Assembly (NCBI GenBank): GCA_040754955.1
Contig: JBFMCA010000011.1
Coordinates: 543 to 64,542, forward strand
Direction: 5' to 3'
Source of the DNA: Acidobacteriota bacterium
GTDB taxonomy: Bacteria; Acidobacteriota; Vicinamibacteria; Vicinamibacterales; UBA2999
DNA length: 64,000 nt
Shown: positions 19,662-28,416 of the stretch, in pieces
How positions within the stretch are numbered: position 1 is the first letter of the stretch
Layout: each line of letters starts with the position of its first letter
Made by a program: the position numbers and the translations under genes
The notes under the pieces: model-generated
Told to the model about the DNA's origin: nothing
The model's input: the letters and a program-made list of their open reading frames with translations, nothing else
Database searches by the model: none

Positions 19662-19959
19662 GCGGCCTGACGTCCTGCGCGTCAGCCGCGAAGGGGCGGC
19701 GCCCCCCTGCGTGTCCTCAGGCGCGCCGGGCCGACAGGCCGCGCCTTCGTCGCGTGCGCGCGCCTGTCAGCCGGCGCCCTTTCTATCGCACAGCTTGGTC
19801 TGAACGACCGCGGTTCAGCCGCGGCGGCCCATCCGTTTCCGGGTGAGCCGCGGCGCCCGGCTGTCGGGATTGTGCCACAACGCGTGCCGCCGTCGGCTCC
19901 ACCCGGCTGTTGGGCCGCCGCTCCGAGTGCTACCCCGCTCGCATGACGATCAAGCCCGG

Positions 19960-20166
19960 GTGCAGGCAGGACGTCTCGTGGTCGATGAGCCGACGACACT
20001 CCCCGACGGCACCGAGGTGGAGCTGTTGCCGCTCGACCCGGGTGATTGGCTGACCGAGGCCGACCGCGCGGCTTTGCATGCCGCTTTGGCCGACTCGGAG
20101 GCTGACGTCGCCGCGGGCCGCCTGATCGATGCCGCCGAGGTACTCAAGGAGCTCCGTTCCCGTTGA
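19960..20166 (+). CDS. Putative antitoxin (addiction-module component) paired with the ParE-like toxin
   Basis: VQAGRLVVDEPTTLPDGTEVELLPLDPGDWLTEADRAALHAALADSEADVAAGRLIDAAEVLKELRSR. Its stop overlaps the toxin TTG start (TTGA). The start codon is uncertain (GTG at 19960 or 19978). Confidence 0.55.
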   Translation: MQAGRLVVDEPTTLPDGTEVELLPLDPGDWLTEADRAALHAALADSEADVAAGRLIDAAEVLKELRSR

Positions 20167-20822
20167 GGGAGCGTCGGGTTCGGTTCACGGCCACCGCGCG
20201 AGCGCACATAGGCCGGGAGCGGCAATGGTGGCTCGAGCATCGTGACTATCCGGAGATCTTCGCCGCCGCACTCGAGGATGCTGTGAAGATCCTGGCGGTG
20301 CTGCCGGGCGTCGGCAACCCGTATCCGGAGGCCGGAATCGCCTGGCTCCGGCGCCTCTACCTTGAGACGGTCGCCCACCATCGCTACTACACCTTCGATG
20401 ACGAGCAGGTGATCGTTCGCGCCTTCTGGGGCGGTCGGCGAGGCCGAGGGCCAGTATTGCGGTCGTCGAAATCGAAGTGTGGGTCTAATCTTAAGTCAAT
20501 CAAGTCTGCCGAACGACTGGCGATGACCAGCGCCGGGAGGGACGCAAGAGCGGCCCGACGCGGCGTCTGGTCCATCGCCTTGTTAGACAGCCGGCCCGAA
20601 TGGTACATTGCCCGGGTGACGTTCACGATTGAAATCGAGCGCGAAGTCGACGGGCGCTGGCTCGCCGAAGTACCGGCCCTGTCTGGCGTCATGGCCTATG
20701 GCCAGGATCGGGACGAGGCCGTCGCTCGTGTGCAGGCCCTCGCTCTTCGCGTAATTGCCGAGCGCCTCGAGCATCGGGAAGCTCCAGCCGAGTTCCTCAA
20801 CGTCACGTTCCAAGCCGCGTGA
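20163..20822 (+). CDS. parE: ParE/RelE-family toxin ORF that runs in-frame, without a stop, into a HicB-like antitoxin domain
   Basis: Residues 1-95 (RVRFTATARAHIGRERQWWLEH...LRRLYLETVAHHRYYTFDDEQVIVRAFWGGRRG) are ParE-like. The first in-frame stop is TGA at 20820-20822, which is the HicB stop. Confidence 0.6.
   Translation: MRERRVRFTATARAHIGRERQWWLEHRDYPEIFAAALEDAVKILAVLPGVGNPYPEAGIAWLRRLYLETVAHHRYYTFDDEQVIVRAFWGGRRGRGPVLRSSKSKCGSNLKSIKSAERLAMTSAGRDARAARRGVWSIALLDSRPEWYIARVTFTIEIEREVDGRWLAEVPALSGVMAYGQDRDEAVARVQALALRVIAERLEHREAPAEFLNVTFQAA
20616..20822 (+). CDS. hicB: HicB-family antitoxin (possible independent start at GTG 20616 or ATG 20523)
   Basis: VTFTIEIEREVDGRWLAEVPALSGVMAYGQDRDEAVARVQALALRVIAERLEHRE matches the UPF0150/HicB N-terminal fold pattern. 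Its stop overlaps the hicA GTG (GTGA). Confidence 0.6.
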   Translation: MTFTIEIEREVDGRWLAEVPALSGVMAYGQDRDEAVARVQALALRVIAERLEHREAPAEFLNVTFQAA

Positions 20823-21031
20823 GCAAGTGGCCGGCAACCAAGGCCAGCCGAGTACTGGCAGCCCTTCTTCGGATCGGCTGGAAAATCAAACGCCAGTCCG
20901 GTTCCCATCGAACGCTCGAGCGCGCCGGCTGGCCCGACTTCGTGTTCGCCTTCCACGACGATGAAGAGATCGGGCCCCACATGCTGGCGCGAATTGCCAA
21001 GCGCACCGGCCTGACTCCGGCCGATCTTTGA
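20819..21031 (+). CDS. hicA: HicA-family mRNA interferase toxin
   Basis: 70 aa: KASRVLAALLRIGWKIKRQSGSHRTLERAGWPDFVFAFHDDEEIGPHMLARIAKRTGL. Confidence 0.85.
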   Translation: MSKWPATKASRVLAALLRIGWKIKRQSGSHRTLERAGWPDFVFAFHDDEEIGPHMLARIAKRTGLTPADL

Positions 21032-21340
21032 CTTCTGCTCGTTGTTCGATCCGGCTGTCTAACGTTGTATATCCCGCCGGCGGCTCCTTCCGGTCCCCGG
21101 TCCCAACAGCAGGAGGCGCCCGGGGCCTCTCCGCACTGCCCCGGCCGAGGCTGGCCCATTCTGCAGCGCGCGGTCCGGGCGGTCAACTGCTGCACGCGCG
21201 GAACTTCCGGGCCAGGTCACAGGACGCCTGGCCCCGCGACCGCCGGCGGCATAACGCCAGATAATCGAGATAGGCCGCGGGCGGGAATCGGTGAGCGCTC
21301 GCCACATGACGTCCAGCGGCGTCAGTCACTCGTCAAGCTG

Positions 21341-21790
21341 TCACCGGAGACCTCCGCCCCCCGCGCGCGCCATCGCCGCGCGAATCGCGCGCGCGAGCGC
21401 TTCGGGGTCGTCGGTGCCGATGCGACAGACAGCGCCGTTCTTTCGCTTCACCCGAACCGCGCCGAGGCCGGACACGTTGTAGAGCCAACCGTCCGGCGTC
21501 CAGCGGATGCCCCAGCCCCACCACCAGGAGTTCACGACCGGCTCGACCTCCTCGATGTCCGCGAGCGCGATGCGGGTGCGCCAGAACCCGCCGCCGAACC
21601 AGAATCGGACCTCGGCGGGCGTCACTTCGACCGTGAGCAACGAGAACACCAGCGCGACCGGGACCAGGACCGTCACCAGCACCGCCGCGGGCCAGGGTGC
21701 CTGACTCGCGATCGCCGTCGCCACGGCGAAGACGGCCAGCAGCCCGGCCACGACAAGCCCCCATCGGCCCACCTGCGTCCGTCGGTACAT
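21341..21790 (-). CDS. Hypothetical membrane protein (2 TM + small beta-rich, PH-like C-terminal domain)
   Basis: 149 aa with two N-terminal hydrophobic helices and a W-rich segment (SWWWGWGIRWTPDGW). Confidence 0.55.
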   Translation of the reverse strand: MYRRTQVGRWGLVVAGLLAVFAVATAIASQAPWPAAVLVTVLVPVALVFSLLTVEVTPAEVRFWFGGGFWRTRIALADIEEVEPVVNSWWWGWGIRWTPDGWLYNVSGLGAVRVKRKNGAVCRIGTDDPEALARAIRAAMARAGGGGLR

Positions 21791-21821
21791 CGCCAGCCCC
21801 GCCGCCGGCTCGGCCTGACGC

Positions 21822-23402
21822 TTACGAGTAGGCCGCGCCGACCATGATCCGCCGGATGCGCACCCACGGCGACCCGTGCGACGGATGGTTGATCTGCACC
21901 GGCTGGCCCTTGGCGTCGCCGGTCGTGCCGTGCATTTCCCACGACTCCTTCCCCGACACGGCGTCGAGGTTGTTCCAGAAGTCGGTGGTGATCGCGTTGT
22001 AGGTGACGTCGCTCAGCATGCGCGTCTTCTTGCCATTCTTGATCTCCCAGAACGCATCGCCGCCGAACTGGCCGTTGTAGCGCTGCTGGTCGATGGAATA
22101 GCTGCCGCGGCCGTCGATGAGCACGCCGTCCCTGGTGTCGGCAATGATCTCCTCGGGCGTCGGCGACCCGGGCGGGCCCGCATCCAGGTGGAGGTTGGGC
22201 ATGCGGAGAAACGGGAAGTTCCGCCACGACGTGGCGAACGTGCAGCCGCGCGAGAAGTTCTGGTTCATGAAGTGCGCGGTCTCGCGGTTGGTCTGCAGAT
22301 CCACCAGCCGCCCCTCGCGCACGATCGGCCACTCCTGCGCCTTCACGCCGTCATCGTCGTAGCCCGTCGTGCACATGCCGCCAGGTATGGTGCGGTCGGC
22401 GGTGATGTTGAAGAGCTTCGAGCCCATCGTGAGCTTGCCGACGTCGCCGAGTTTGATGAAGCTCGTGCCGGCGTAGTTCGCCTCGTAGCCGACCACGCGA
22501 TCCAGCTCGGTCGGGTGGGCCACGATCTCGTGAATGGTCAGCATCGCGTGCGACGGTGTGAGGATGAGGTCCTTGAGGCCCATCGGCACCGGCGGCGCCA
22601 CACAGTGCTCCGCCGCCTCGGCGGCGATGCGCTCGACGTTCTCCAGCATCCGCCCGTCGAGCACCACCTCGTACCCAGCCGTCTTCGGCGCGACGGCGAA
22701 CGCACGCGACTTGACCTTGCCGTTCTTGCGGGCGGTGATCGAGAAGCCCGGCGCCGTCCGCCAGATCTCCTGCTCGATGTACGAGCCCTCGGATGTGGCG
22801 AGGTACTTCCACTCGTGGTCGAAGGCCATCTGCGACTGGACGCGCACCACATCCGGCTGCTCGAGCGCCAGCTCGTTGATCTTCAGCAGGAAGGCAATCT
22901 TGTCGTCGAGCGGGACGTCATCCGGCTTCACCCTGACCGGCACCGCCCAGTAGTCCACGTACGCCTCGACCGGCGAGAGGCGCACGTCGAACTTCTTCGC
23001 CACGGCCGATGCGCGGGCTACCTCCGTCGCGCGCGCCGTGATCGTCCGAATCTCGTCCTCGGAGACGATGGGGCTGCTGGCAAAGCCCCAGACGCCGCCG
23101 TGAATGACGCGCACGCCGAACCCCGCGCTCTCCTCGCGCCCGCCGCCGCCGAAGCCGAACGAGTCGACGACGACGCGGTCGCGGACGGCGACGCTGTCGG
23201 TGACGTTCCGCGTGAAGCGGATGTCGGCGTACGTGCACCCCAGCCGCTTCGCCTCGCGTAGCGCGATGTCCGACAGCCCCTTGAAGCGCGACTCGAGCAC
23301 GCGCCCCCGCGGCGACTGCGCGATGAGCTCCCCCACGAGGTCGCTGGCATAGAGCGCCACGCCCGCCGCGCTCAACGTCTTGACGAAGTCCCTACGATCC
23401 AT
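21822..23402 (-). CDS. tldD: TldD-family metallopeptidase, Tat-exported
   Basis: The twin-arginine signal MDRRDFVKTLSAAGVALYA and the HEIVAHPTELD metal motif are present. GGAGGG lies 9 nt upstream of ATG 23402; the track TTG at 23426 lies inside the repeat. Confidence 0.85.
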   Translation of the reverse strand: MDRRDFVKTLSAAGVALYASDLVGELIAQSPRGRVLESRFKGLSDIALREAKRLGCTYADIRFTRNVTDSVAVRDRVVVDSFGFGGGGREESAGFGVRVIHGGVWGFASSPIVSEDEIRTITARATEVARASAVAKKFDVRLSPVEAYVDYWAVPVRVKPDDVPLDDKIAFLLKINELALEQPDVVRVQSQMAFDHEWKYLATSEGSYIEQEIWRTAPGFSITARKNGKVKSRAFAVAPKTAGYEVVLDGRMLENVERIAAEAAEHCVAPPVPMGLKDLILTPSHAMLTIHEIVAHPTELDRVVGYEANYAGTSFIKLGDVGKLTMGSKLFNITADRTIPGGMCTTGYDDDGVKAQEWPIVREGRLVDLQTNRETAHFMNQNFSRGCTFATSWRNFPFLRMPNLHLDAGPPGSPTPEEIIADTRDGVLIDGRGSYSIDQQRYNGQFGGDAFWEIKNGKKTRMLSDVTYNAITTDFWNNLDAVSGKESWEMHGTTGDAKGQPVQINHPSHGSPWVRIRRIMVGAAYS

Positions 23403-23414
23403 CGCGCGGTCCCT

Positions 23415-23478
23415 CCACCCCTCCAAGCCTCCACCCCTCCAAGCCTCCGAGCTTCCAAGCCTCCGAGCCTCCAGACCT
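23415..23478. repeat. 16-nt x4 tandem repeat (CCACCCCTCCAAGCCT x2, CCGAGCTTCCAAGCCT, CCGAGCCTCCAGACCT)
   Basis: This was read directly. It fills the gap between the PmbA stop (23481) and the TldD start (23402). As mRNA (minus strand) each unit is purine-rich, AGGCUUGGAGGGGUGG. Confidence 0.9.
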
Positions 23479-23480
23479 GT

Positions 23481-24836
23481 CTACACCGCCGGCGACACCG
23501 ACGTCATCGTGAAGTCCTCGATCTTCATCGGCGGCACGAGCGCCGTCCCGGGGTTGTCGTACGCCTCGCCAACGTGCATCGGGATGGGCCGGCCGAGCAT
23601 GGTGATGTTGTTGAAGCCCACGGCCGGCGATTCGTTCCACCGGAAGTTCTGCACGGGGCCGACGATCTCGCCGTTCTCGACCAGGAACAGCCCGTCCCGC
23701 GTCATGCCGGTGTTGAGCAGCGTCATCGGATCGACGGCGCGGATGTACCAGAAGAACGTCACCAGCAGGCCGCGCCTGGTGCTCCTGATCATCTCGTCGA
23801 GCGTGGCGGTGCCGCCCTCCATCACCAGGCTCATGCCCGGCTGGGTGCCCGTCGGCGTCTTCTTCTGCCGCTGGGCCCAGTAACGGTCGTAGAAGAGGTT
23901 CTGGACGACGCCCTTCTCCACCCAGGTGATGTCGCGGGCTGCAAGGCCGTCCTGGCCAATGGGGGTCTGCCGCAGAATCGGGTTGGTGATGACGCTCCGC
24001 AGCGTGAAGTTGTCGCCGAACACCTTCTCGCCGAGCCGCGTCTCGCCCCGCTGCTTGCCGCTCATGAAGCTCCGGCCCTCTTCGGCGGCCCGGGCGTTGA
24101 GCGATCCGAGCATCAGCGACAGGAACCGCGCCGCCGGGCGGGACTCCAGGATCACGGTGTAGTTGCCCGGCTCAATCGCCTTCGGCTTCCGCGATCGGAG
24201 CGCCTTGTCGGCCGCCACCTCGGTCAGCGCCGCCGCGTCGATGGCCTTCACGTCCTTCATGCCGGTCGTGCCCGCCCACCCCGACCCCGTCTGGTCGGGC
24301 GTGCGGCACGTCAGGATGAAGCTGGCCTCGGCGTACCGGAAGTACGAGAAGAGCCCCTCGGAATTGGCGAGAGCGTCGGTCCAGTGCAGCTTCGGGATGT
24401 AACCCGCGCCCAGCACGCCCTTCTTCTCGCAGATGTCCACGCTGGCCTTCACCATCGCGGCGCGCTCGGCCGGGCCGAAGTTGACGGCGGCCGGATTGGT
24501 GGCGTCCACCTCGAGGTACTGCTGCGGCGGCTTCACCGGCGGCATCAGCTCGGGGTTGTCCGGCTTCCGCTTCGCCAGCGCCTGCACCTGCTCGATCGTC
24601 CGCTTCAGCGACGCATCGTCGAACTGGTGTGTCGTGGCGCTCGCGCTCTTCTGGCCGTAGTGCACCGTGATCTGCACTTCCTGGTCGTGCTCGATCAGGT
24701 TGGCCGTGATGCTCGAGTTGGCGAACCGCGTGGCCGACCGCTCGCCGCCCGAGAAGCGGACCTCCACGGCGTCGGCCTGGCACATGTTGAGCACCTTGTC
24801 GGTGATCTGCTTCACTTCATCGCGCGAGTAGCTCAT
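23481..24836 (-). CDS. pmbA: PmbA/TldE-family protein (no HExxxH motif)
   Basis: 451 aa with TldD/PmbA-family sequence throughout. GGAAGGG lies 7 nt upstream of the ATG. Confidence 0.85.
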   Translation of the reverse strand: MSYSRDEVKQITDKVLNMCQADAVEVRFSGGERSATRFANSSITANLIEHDQEVQITVHYGQKSASATTHQFDDASLKRTIEQVQALAKRKPDNPELMPPVKPPQQYLEVDATNPAAVNFGPAERAAMVKASVDICEKKGVLGAGYIPKLHWTDALANSEGLFSYFRYAEASFILTCRTPDQTGSGWAGTTGMKDVKAIDAAALTEVAADKALRSRKPKAIEPGNYTVILESRPAARFLSLMLGSLNARAAEEGRSFMSGKQRGETRLGEKVFGDNFTLRSVITNPILRQTPIGQDGLAARDITWVEKGVVQNLFYDRYWAQRQKKTPTGTQPGMSLVMEGGTATLDEMIRSTRRGLLVTFFWYIRAVDPMTLLNTGMTRDGLFLVENGEIVGPVQNFRWNESPAVGFNNITMLGRPIPMHVGEAYDNPGTALVPPMKIEDFTMTSVSPAV

Positions 24837-24866
24837 GACTGCCCTTCCGCTCTGATCGAACCCTGT

Positions 24867-26459
24867 CTAGGCGAACGCCGTGCCCACCATGATGCGCCGG
24901 AACAGCATGGGCGCCGAACCGTGCGAGGGCCGGTTCGACTGCACCGGCTGCCCCTTGGCGTCCCCGCCCATGCCGTGGTGCTCCCACGTGCCGGGCGGAC
25001 CGACGGCGTCGAGGTTGGCCCAGAACTCGGTGGTGATGGCGTTGTAGGTGAAATCGGTGACCATCCGCGTCCGCTTGCCGTTCCGGATCTCCCAGAACGC
25101 GTCGCCCCCGAACTGTCCGTTGTACCGCTGCTGATCGATGCTGAAGCTGCCCTGCCCGTCCACCAGCACGCCGTCCTTGACGTCCGCGATCATCTGGTCC
25201 ACGGTCGGCGACCCCTCGGGGCCCGGCTCCATCTGCACGTTCGGCATCCGCAGGAACGGGAAGTTCCGCCAGTGGTTGGCGAAGGTGCAGCCGCGCGAGA
25301 AGTCCTGGTTCAGGTAGTGTGCGGTCTCCCGGTTGGTCTGAAGATCCACGAGCACGCCCTCGCGGACGAGCGGCCACCGCTGCGCTTCGACGCCGTCATC
25401 GTCGTACCCGACCGTGGAGGCGCCGCCCGGATGCGTGCGGTCGGCGTACACGTTCATCAGCTTCGATCCGTACCGCAGGCGGTTGACGTCCTTCAGCGTG
25501 ATGAAGCTCGTGCCCGCGTAGTTGGCCTCGTAGCCGACGATGCGGTCGAGCTCGGTCGGATGGCCGATGATCTCGTGGATGGTGAGCGCGGAGTGCGACG
25601 GCAGCAGCACCAGGTCCTTGAGGCCGGAGCCGACCGGCTTCGCCATCGCGTGCTCGACCGCCTCGGCAGCCACGCGCTCGGCGTTGCCGATGAGGTCTTT
25701 CTCGGTGAAGAACTCCCAGCCGCGCGTCTCGGTGCCGGGGTTGTAGGTCCGGCTCTTCACCACCCCGTTCTTGCGCGCCGTCGCCGTCGCGCTCGCAGCC
25801 GTGTAGTAGAAGACCTGCTCGATGAACGACCCGTCGCTCGTGGCCAGGAACTTCCACTCGTAGTTGAAGTTCACCGCCGCCGTCGCGAAGGCGACGTCCG
25901 GGTTCTTCTGCATGACCTGGGTGACCTCGATGAGCTGGGCCACCTTGTCCTCGAGCGGCACGCTCCAGGGGTCCACCTTGATGGGCGTCTGCCAGAACGT
26001 GTCGTGCTTGCGCACCGGCGACAGCCGGACGTCGAAGCGCTTGGACATCGCGCTCGCCTTGGCCACGTCGGTGGCCAGCCCCACGATGCGCCGAATCTCG
26101 GCTGGGGTGACGATCGGGCTCGACGCGAAGCCCCACACGCCGCTGTGGATCACCCGCACGCCGAAGCCGTAGGTCTCCTCGTCGCCGAACTGGCCGAAGC
26201 CGATGTTGCCGGTGTTGACGATCTGGCCGTTCCGCACCGCCACGCCGTTCGACCGATTGCGCGTGAAGCGGATGTCCGCGTAGGTGCAGCCAAGCCGCCG
26301 GGCCTCGCGCAGGGCGTCTTCGGACCACGTGCGATACTTCGGATCCTTGACCGGGTCGAAGGGCTCGGCCGATTGCCGGGCCGCTATCTGGTAGGGCCCG
26401 AGCGTCAGGCCCACGGCGCCGAGACCCAGCGCCTTCGTGAACTCGCGCCTGCTCTGCAT
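24867..26459 (-). CDS. tldD: TldD-family metallopeptidase, Tat-exported (paralogue of 21822-23402)
   Basis: MQSRREFTKALGLGAVGLTLG and the HEIIGHPTELD motif are present. It aligns closely with the first TldD along its whole length. Confidence 0.85.
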   Translation of the reverse strand: MQSRREFTKALGLGAVGLTLGPYQIAARQSAEPFDPVKDPKYRTWSEDALREARRLGCTYADIRFTRNRSNGVAVRNGQIVNTGNIGFGQFGDEETYGFGVRVIHSGVWGFASSPIVTPAEIRRIVGLATDVAKASAMSKRFDVRLSPVRKHDTFWQTPIKVDPWSVPLEDKVAQLIEVTQVMQKNPDVAFATAAVNFNYEWKFLATSDGSFIEQVFYYTAASATATARKNGVVKSRTYNPGTETRGWEFFTEKDLIGNAERVAAEAVEHAMAKPVGSGLKDLVLLPSHSALTIHEIIGHPTELDRIVGYEANYAGTSFITLKDVNRLRYGSKLMNVYADRTHPGGASTVGYDDDGVEAQRWPLVREGVLVDLQTNRETAHYLNQDFSRGCTFANHWRNFPFLRMPNVQMEPGPEGSPTVDQMIADVKDGVLVDGQGSFSIDQQRYNGQFGGDAFWEIRNGKRTRMVTDFTYNAITTEFWANLDAVGPPGTWEHHGMGGDAKGQPVQSNRPSHGSAPMLFRRIMVGTAFA

Positions 26460-26634
26460 ACCCGGCTACTTTATCAGCCCGTGGGGACACGCCCGCCGGC
26501 ATTCGACCGGCGATTCATCCCCGCCGGCTGCGTTGCCCCTCCCTCGGATATCCACGGATATTCCTCAGTCGTCGCGCCTTGCCGTCGGAAGTCTCGCCGG
26601 TCTCGGTGCTCGCCGGGTGTTTCACCACGGGCTG

Positions 26635-28416
26635 TTAGCGCAGCCCCGCGCGCCGCCGCAGCCACCACTCGCCGCCCAGACACGCGGTCAGGGGCACCAT
26701 CCACCACGGCGAGCGCATCGGGTGCGCAGGATCTCCATCGGAGCGGCGCGGCAGCCGCTCCCGCGCCGCATGCACCACGGCCGGCTCGTCGCCCGCGGAC
26801 ACCAGCACGGCCCCGGCGCGGTCGGCCAGCGCCCGCGCGCGGAGACGACCGTCGGGCGCCGGCGCGGCATCGACGGGCACCAGCAACTCCGCGCCGCCCG
26901 TCACATCACCCTTCACCGTCACGCGCGCGCGGCAGGGACCATCACCCGCGCGGAACGTCCCGGTGAACGTGCTCACGCCCTCGGCGGGCCAGAGCCGAAC
27001 CGGCTGCGGCACCCCCTCACACGTCACGACCGCCGCCATGTCGAGGTGCGCGGGGGTCGGGGACGCGGACGAGCGCGCCGTCGCAGTGAGGCGCACCCGC
27101 TCGCCGGGGCGGGCGCGAGCGGGTGTGGCGTGCAGTGCGATACGGTCCGCCCCTGCCGCGGCCGCGCCCGCGACAAGGGCCTGCCAGTAGCGATCGAACT
27201 CCGCCGCCGGGCCGCCTCGATGTCGCCAGGCGTCGAGGGCGCCGGCGACAACAATGCGACCGGCGCCGCGGGCCTCGTAGGTCACGACGACGCGGCCGTC
27301 CGGGTCGCGGTCGAGCGCGCGCCGGGTATCGGAGGCGGGCCACACCAGCAGTTCAGACGCGCGGAGTCCCCCGACTGGCACCGCGTCCGCCAGCAGCCGC
27401 TCCTCCATGCCCGGCGGCAGCAGCCGCATCACCGGGCCAGCCAGTGCCTGGTCGGGCACGAGGATGACGCTGCCGCCCCTCGCCGCAACGTACCGCTCGA
27501 GCGCCCCCACTTCGGCCGCTGTCAGGGCGTCGGGCGCACCGACGATGACGGCGCTGGCGTCGTCGAGGTCGGCAGGCTCCAGGCCGAACGCACGGCCGCC
27601 GGCGCGCTCCAGACCCGGCGCCACGCGAGTGCGGCTGCGCAGCTCGAGCCGTGGATCGCGCTCGAGGGCCCGCCGGACGAAGGACGCGGCCCAGGACGGC
27701 CGCGCCTCGTACCAGAGCACCACCGCGCGCGCGGCCTCCACCAGCACCGACACCGTCCGTTCGTCGTCCTGCGCCACGGCATCGCCGGCAAGAGGCTCGA
27801 TGGCCACCCGCAGACGCCTCGAGCCCGCGGCCGACGGCAGCCACGGGATCTCGACCCATGCGTCCTGCGGCCCGCCGGCGTCGCCCCATGCGTGGCGCGC
27901 GCTGCCGATCGGGATCGCGCCGTCATAAACCGTCACGGTGCTCGTGACGCCGCGGACGCCTGCGCCCGCGAGCCGCACCTGCATGGTTCCCATCGCGCCC
28001 GGATGCTGCGTGGCCGCGGTGATTACGTCCCGCACGGCCACCAATGGCCCGTCCGCGTCTTCGACCTGCACGATGCCAACGAGCGTGCTTCCCTCCGCAA
28101 CCACGCGCTCGGGCAGCGCGCCGGCCGTGACGATCACGCACGGCCGGTCGGGCAGGCACGCCGGCGTTCCATCAGCGTGTGACACGACGCGAACGACGGC
28201 ATGCTCGCTGCCGAGGCCACGCGCGATCCGCGCCATGCTGGCCGCCGCGCGGTCCCGGCGGCGTCCACCGTCCGCCGCGGGCCAATCGAGCGACGGCTCG
28301 TCCACCAGCACGACGTCGACACGCGGCGTGGCGCCGACGGCGCGACACGCGGGATCGACGAGGCCCGCCATGAGGATGGCGACGGCGGCCAGCCGCAAGC
28401 CGATGGCGCTCGTCAA
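26635..28416 (-). CDS. Membrane protein of the MoxR/Bat-like cluster (N- and C-terminal TM; central GATase1-like/DUF1355-like segment)
   Basis: 593 aa from a TTG overlapping the upstream stop (TTGA). It has an N-terminal TM (TSAIGLRLAAVAILMAGLV), the segment VVLWYEARPSWAASFVRRALERDPRLEL...GGSVILVPDQ, and a C-terminal TM followed by an RRR anchor. Confidence 0.6.
   Translation of the reverse strand: MTSAIGLRLAAVAILMAGLVDPACRAVGATPRVDVVLVDEPSLDWPAADGGRRRDRAAASMARIARGLGSEHAVVRVVSHADGTPACLPDRPCVIVTAGALPERVVAEGSTLVGIVQVEDADGPLVAVRDVITAATQHPGAMGTMQVRLAGAGVRGVTSTVTVYDGAIPIGSARHAWGDAGGPQDAWVEIPWLPSAAGSRRLRVAIEPLAGDAVAQDDERTVSVLVEAARAVVLWYEARPSWAASFVRRALERDPRLELRSRTRVAPGLERAGGRAFGLEPADLDDASAVIVGAPDALTAAEVGALERYVAARGGSVILVPDQALAGPVMRLLPPGMEERLLADAVPVGGLRASELLVWPASDTRRALDRDPDGRVVVTYEARGAGRIVVAGALDAWRHRGGPAAEFDRYWQALVAGAAAAGADRIALHATPARARPGERVRLTATARSSASPTPAHLDMAAVVTCEGVPQPVRLWPAEGVSTFTGTFRAGDGPCRARVTVKGDVTGGAELLVPVDAAPAPDGRLRARALADRAGAVLVSAGDEPAVVHAARERLPRRSDGDPAHPMRSPWWMVPLTACLGGEWWLRRRAGLR

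Noticed and set aside
21183-21305. A minus-strand 40-codon frame, VASAHRFPPAAYLDYLALCRRRSRGQASCDLARKFRACSS, as a tyrosine-recombinase N-terminal (SAM-like domain) remnant next to the toxin-antitoxin genes
   Set aside because: The resemblance (YLDYLAL...DL..F) is short and degenerate. No catalytic-domain remnant follows and no flanking direct repeats were seen.
23415-23478. The tandem repeat as a CRISPR array
   Set aside because: The 16-nt units are directly adjacent with no spacers, there are only four copies, and no cas genes are in the window.
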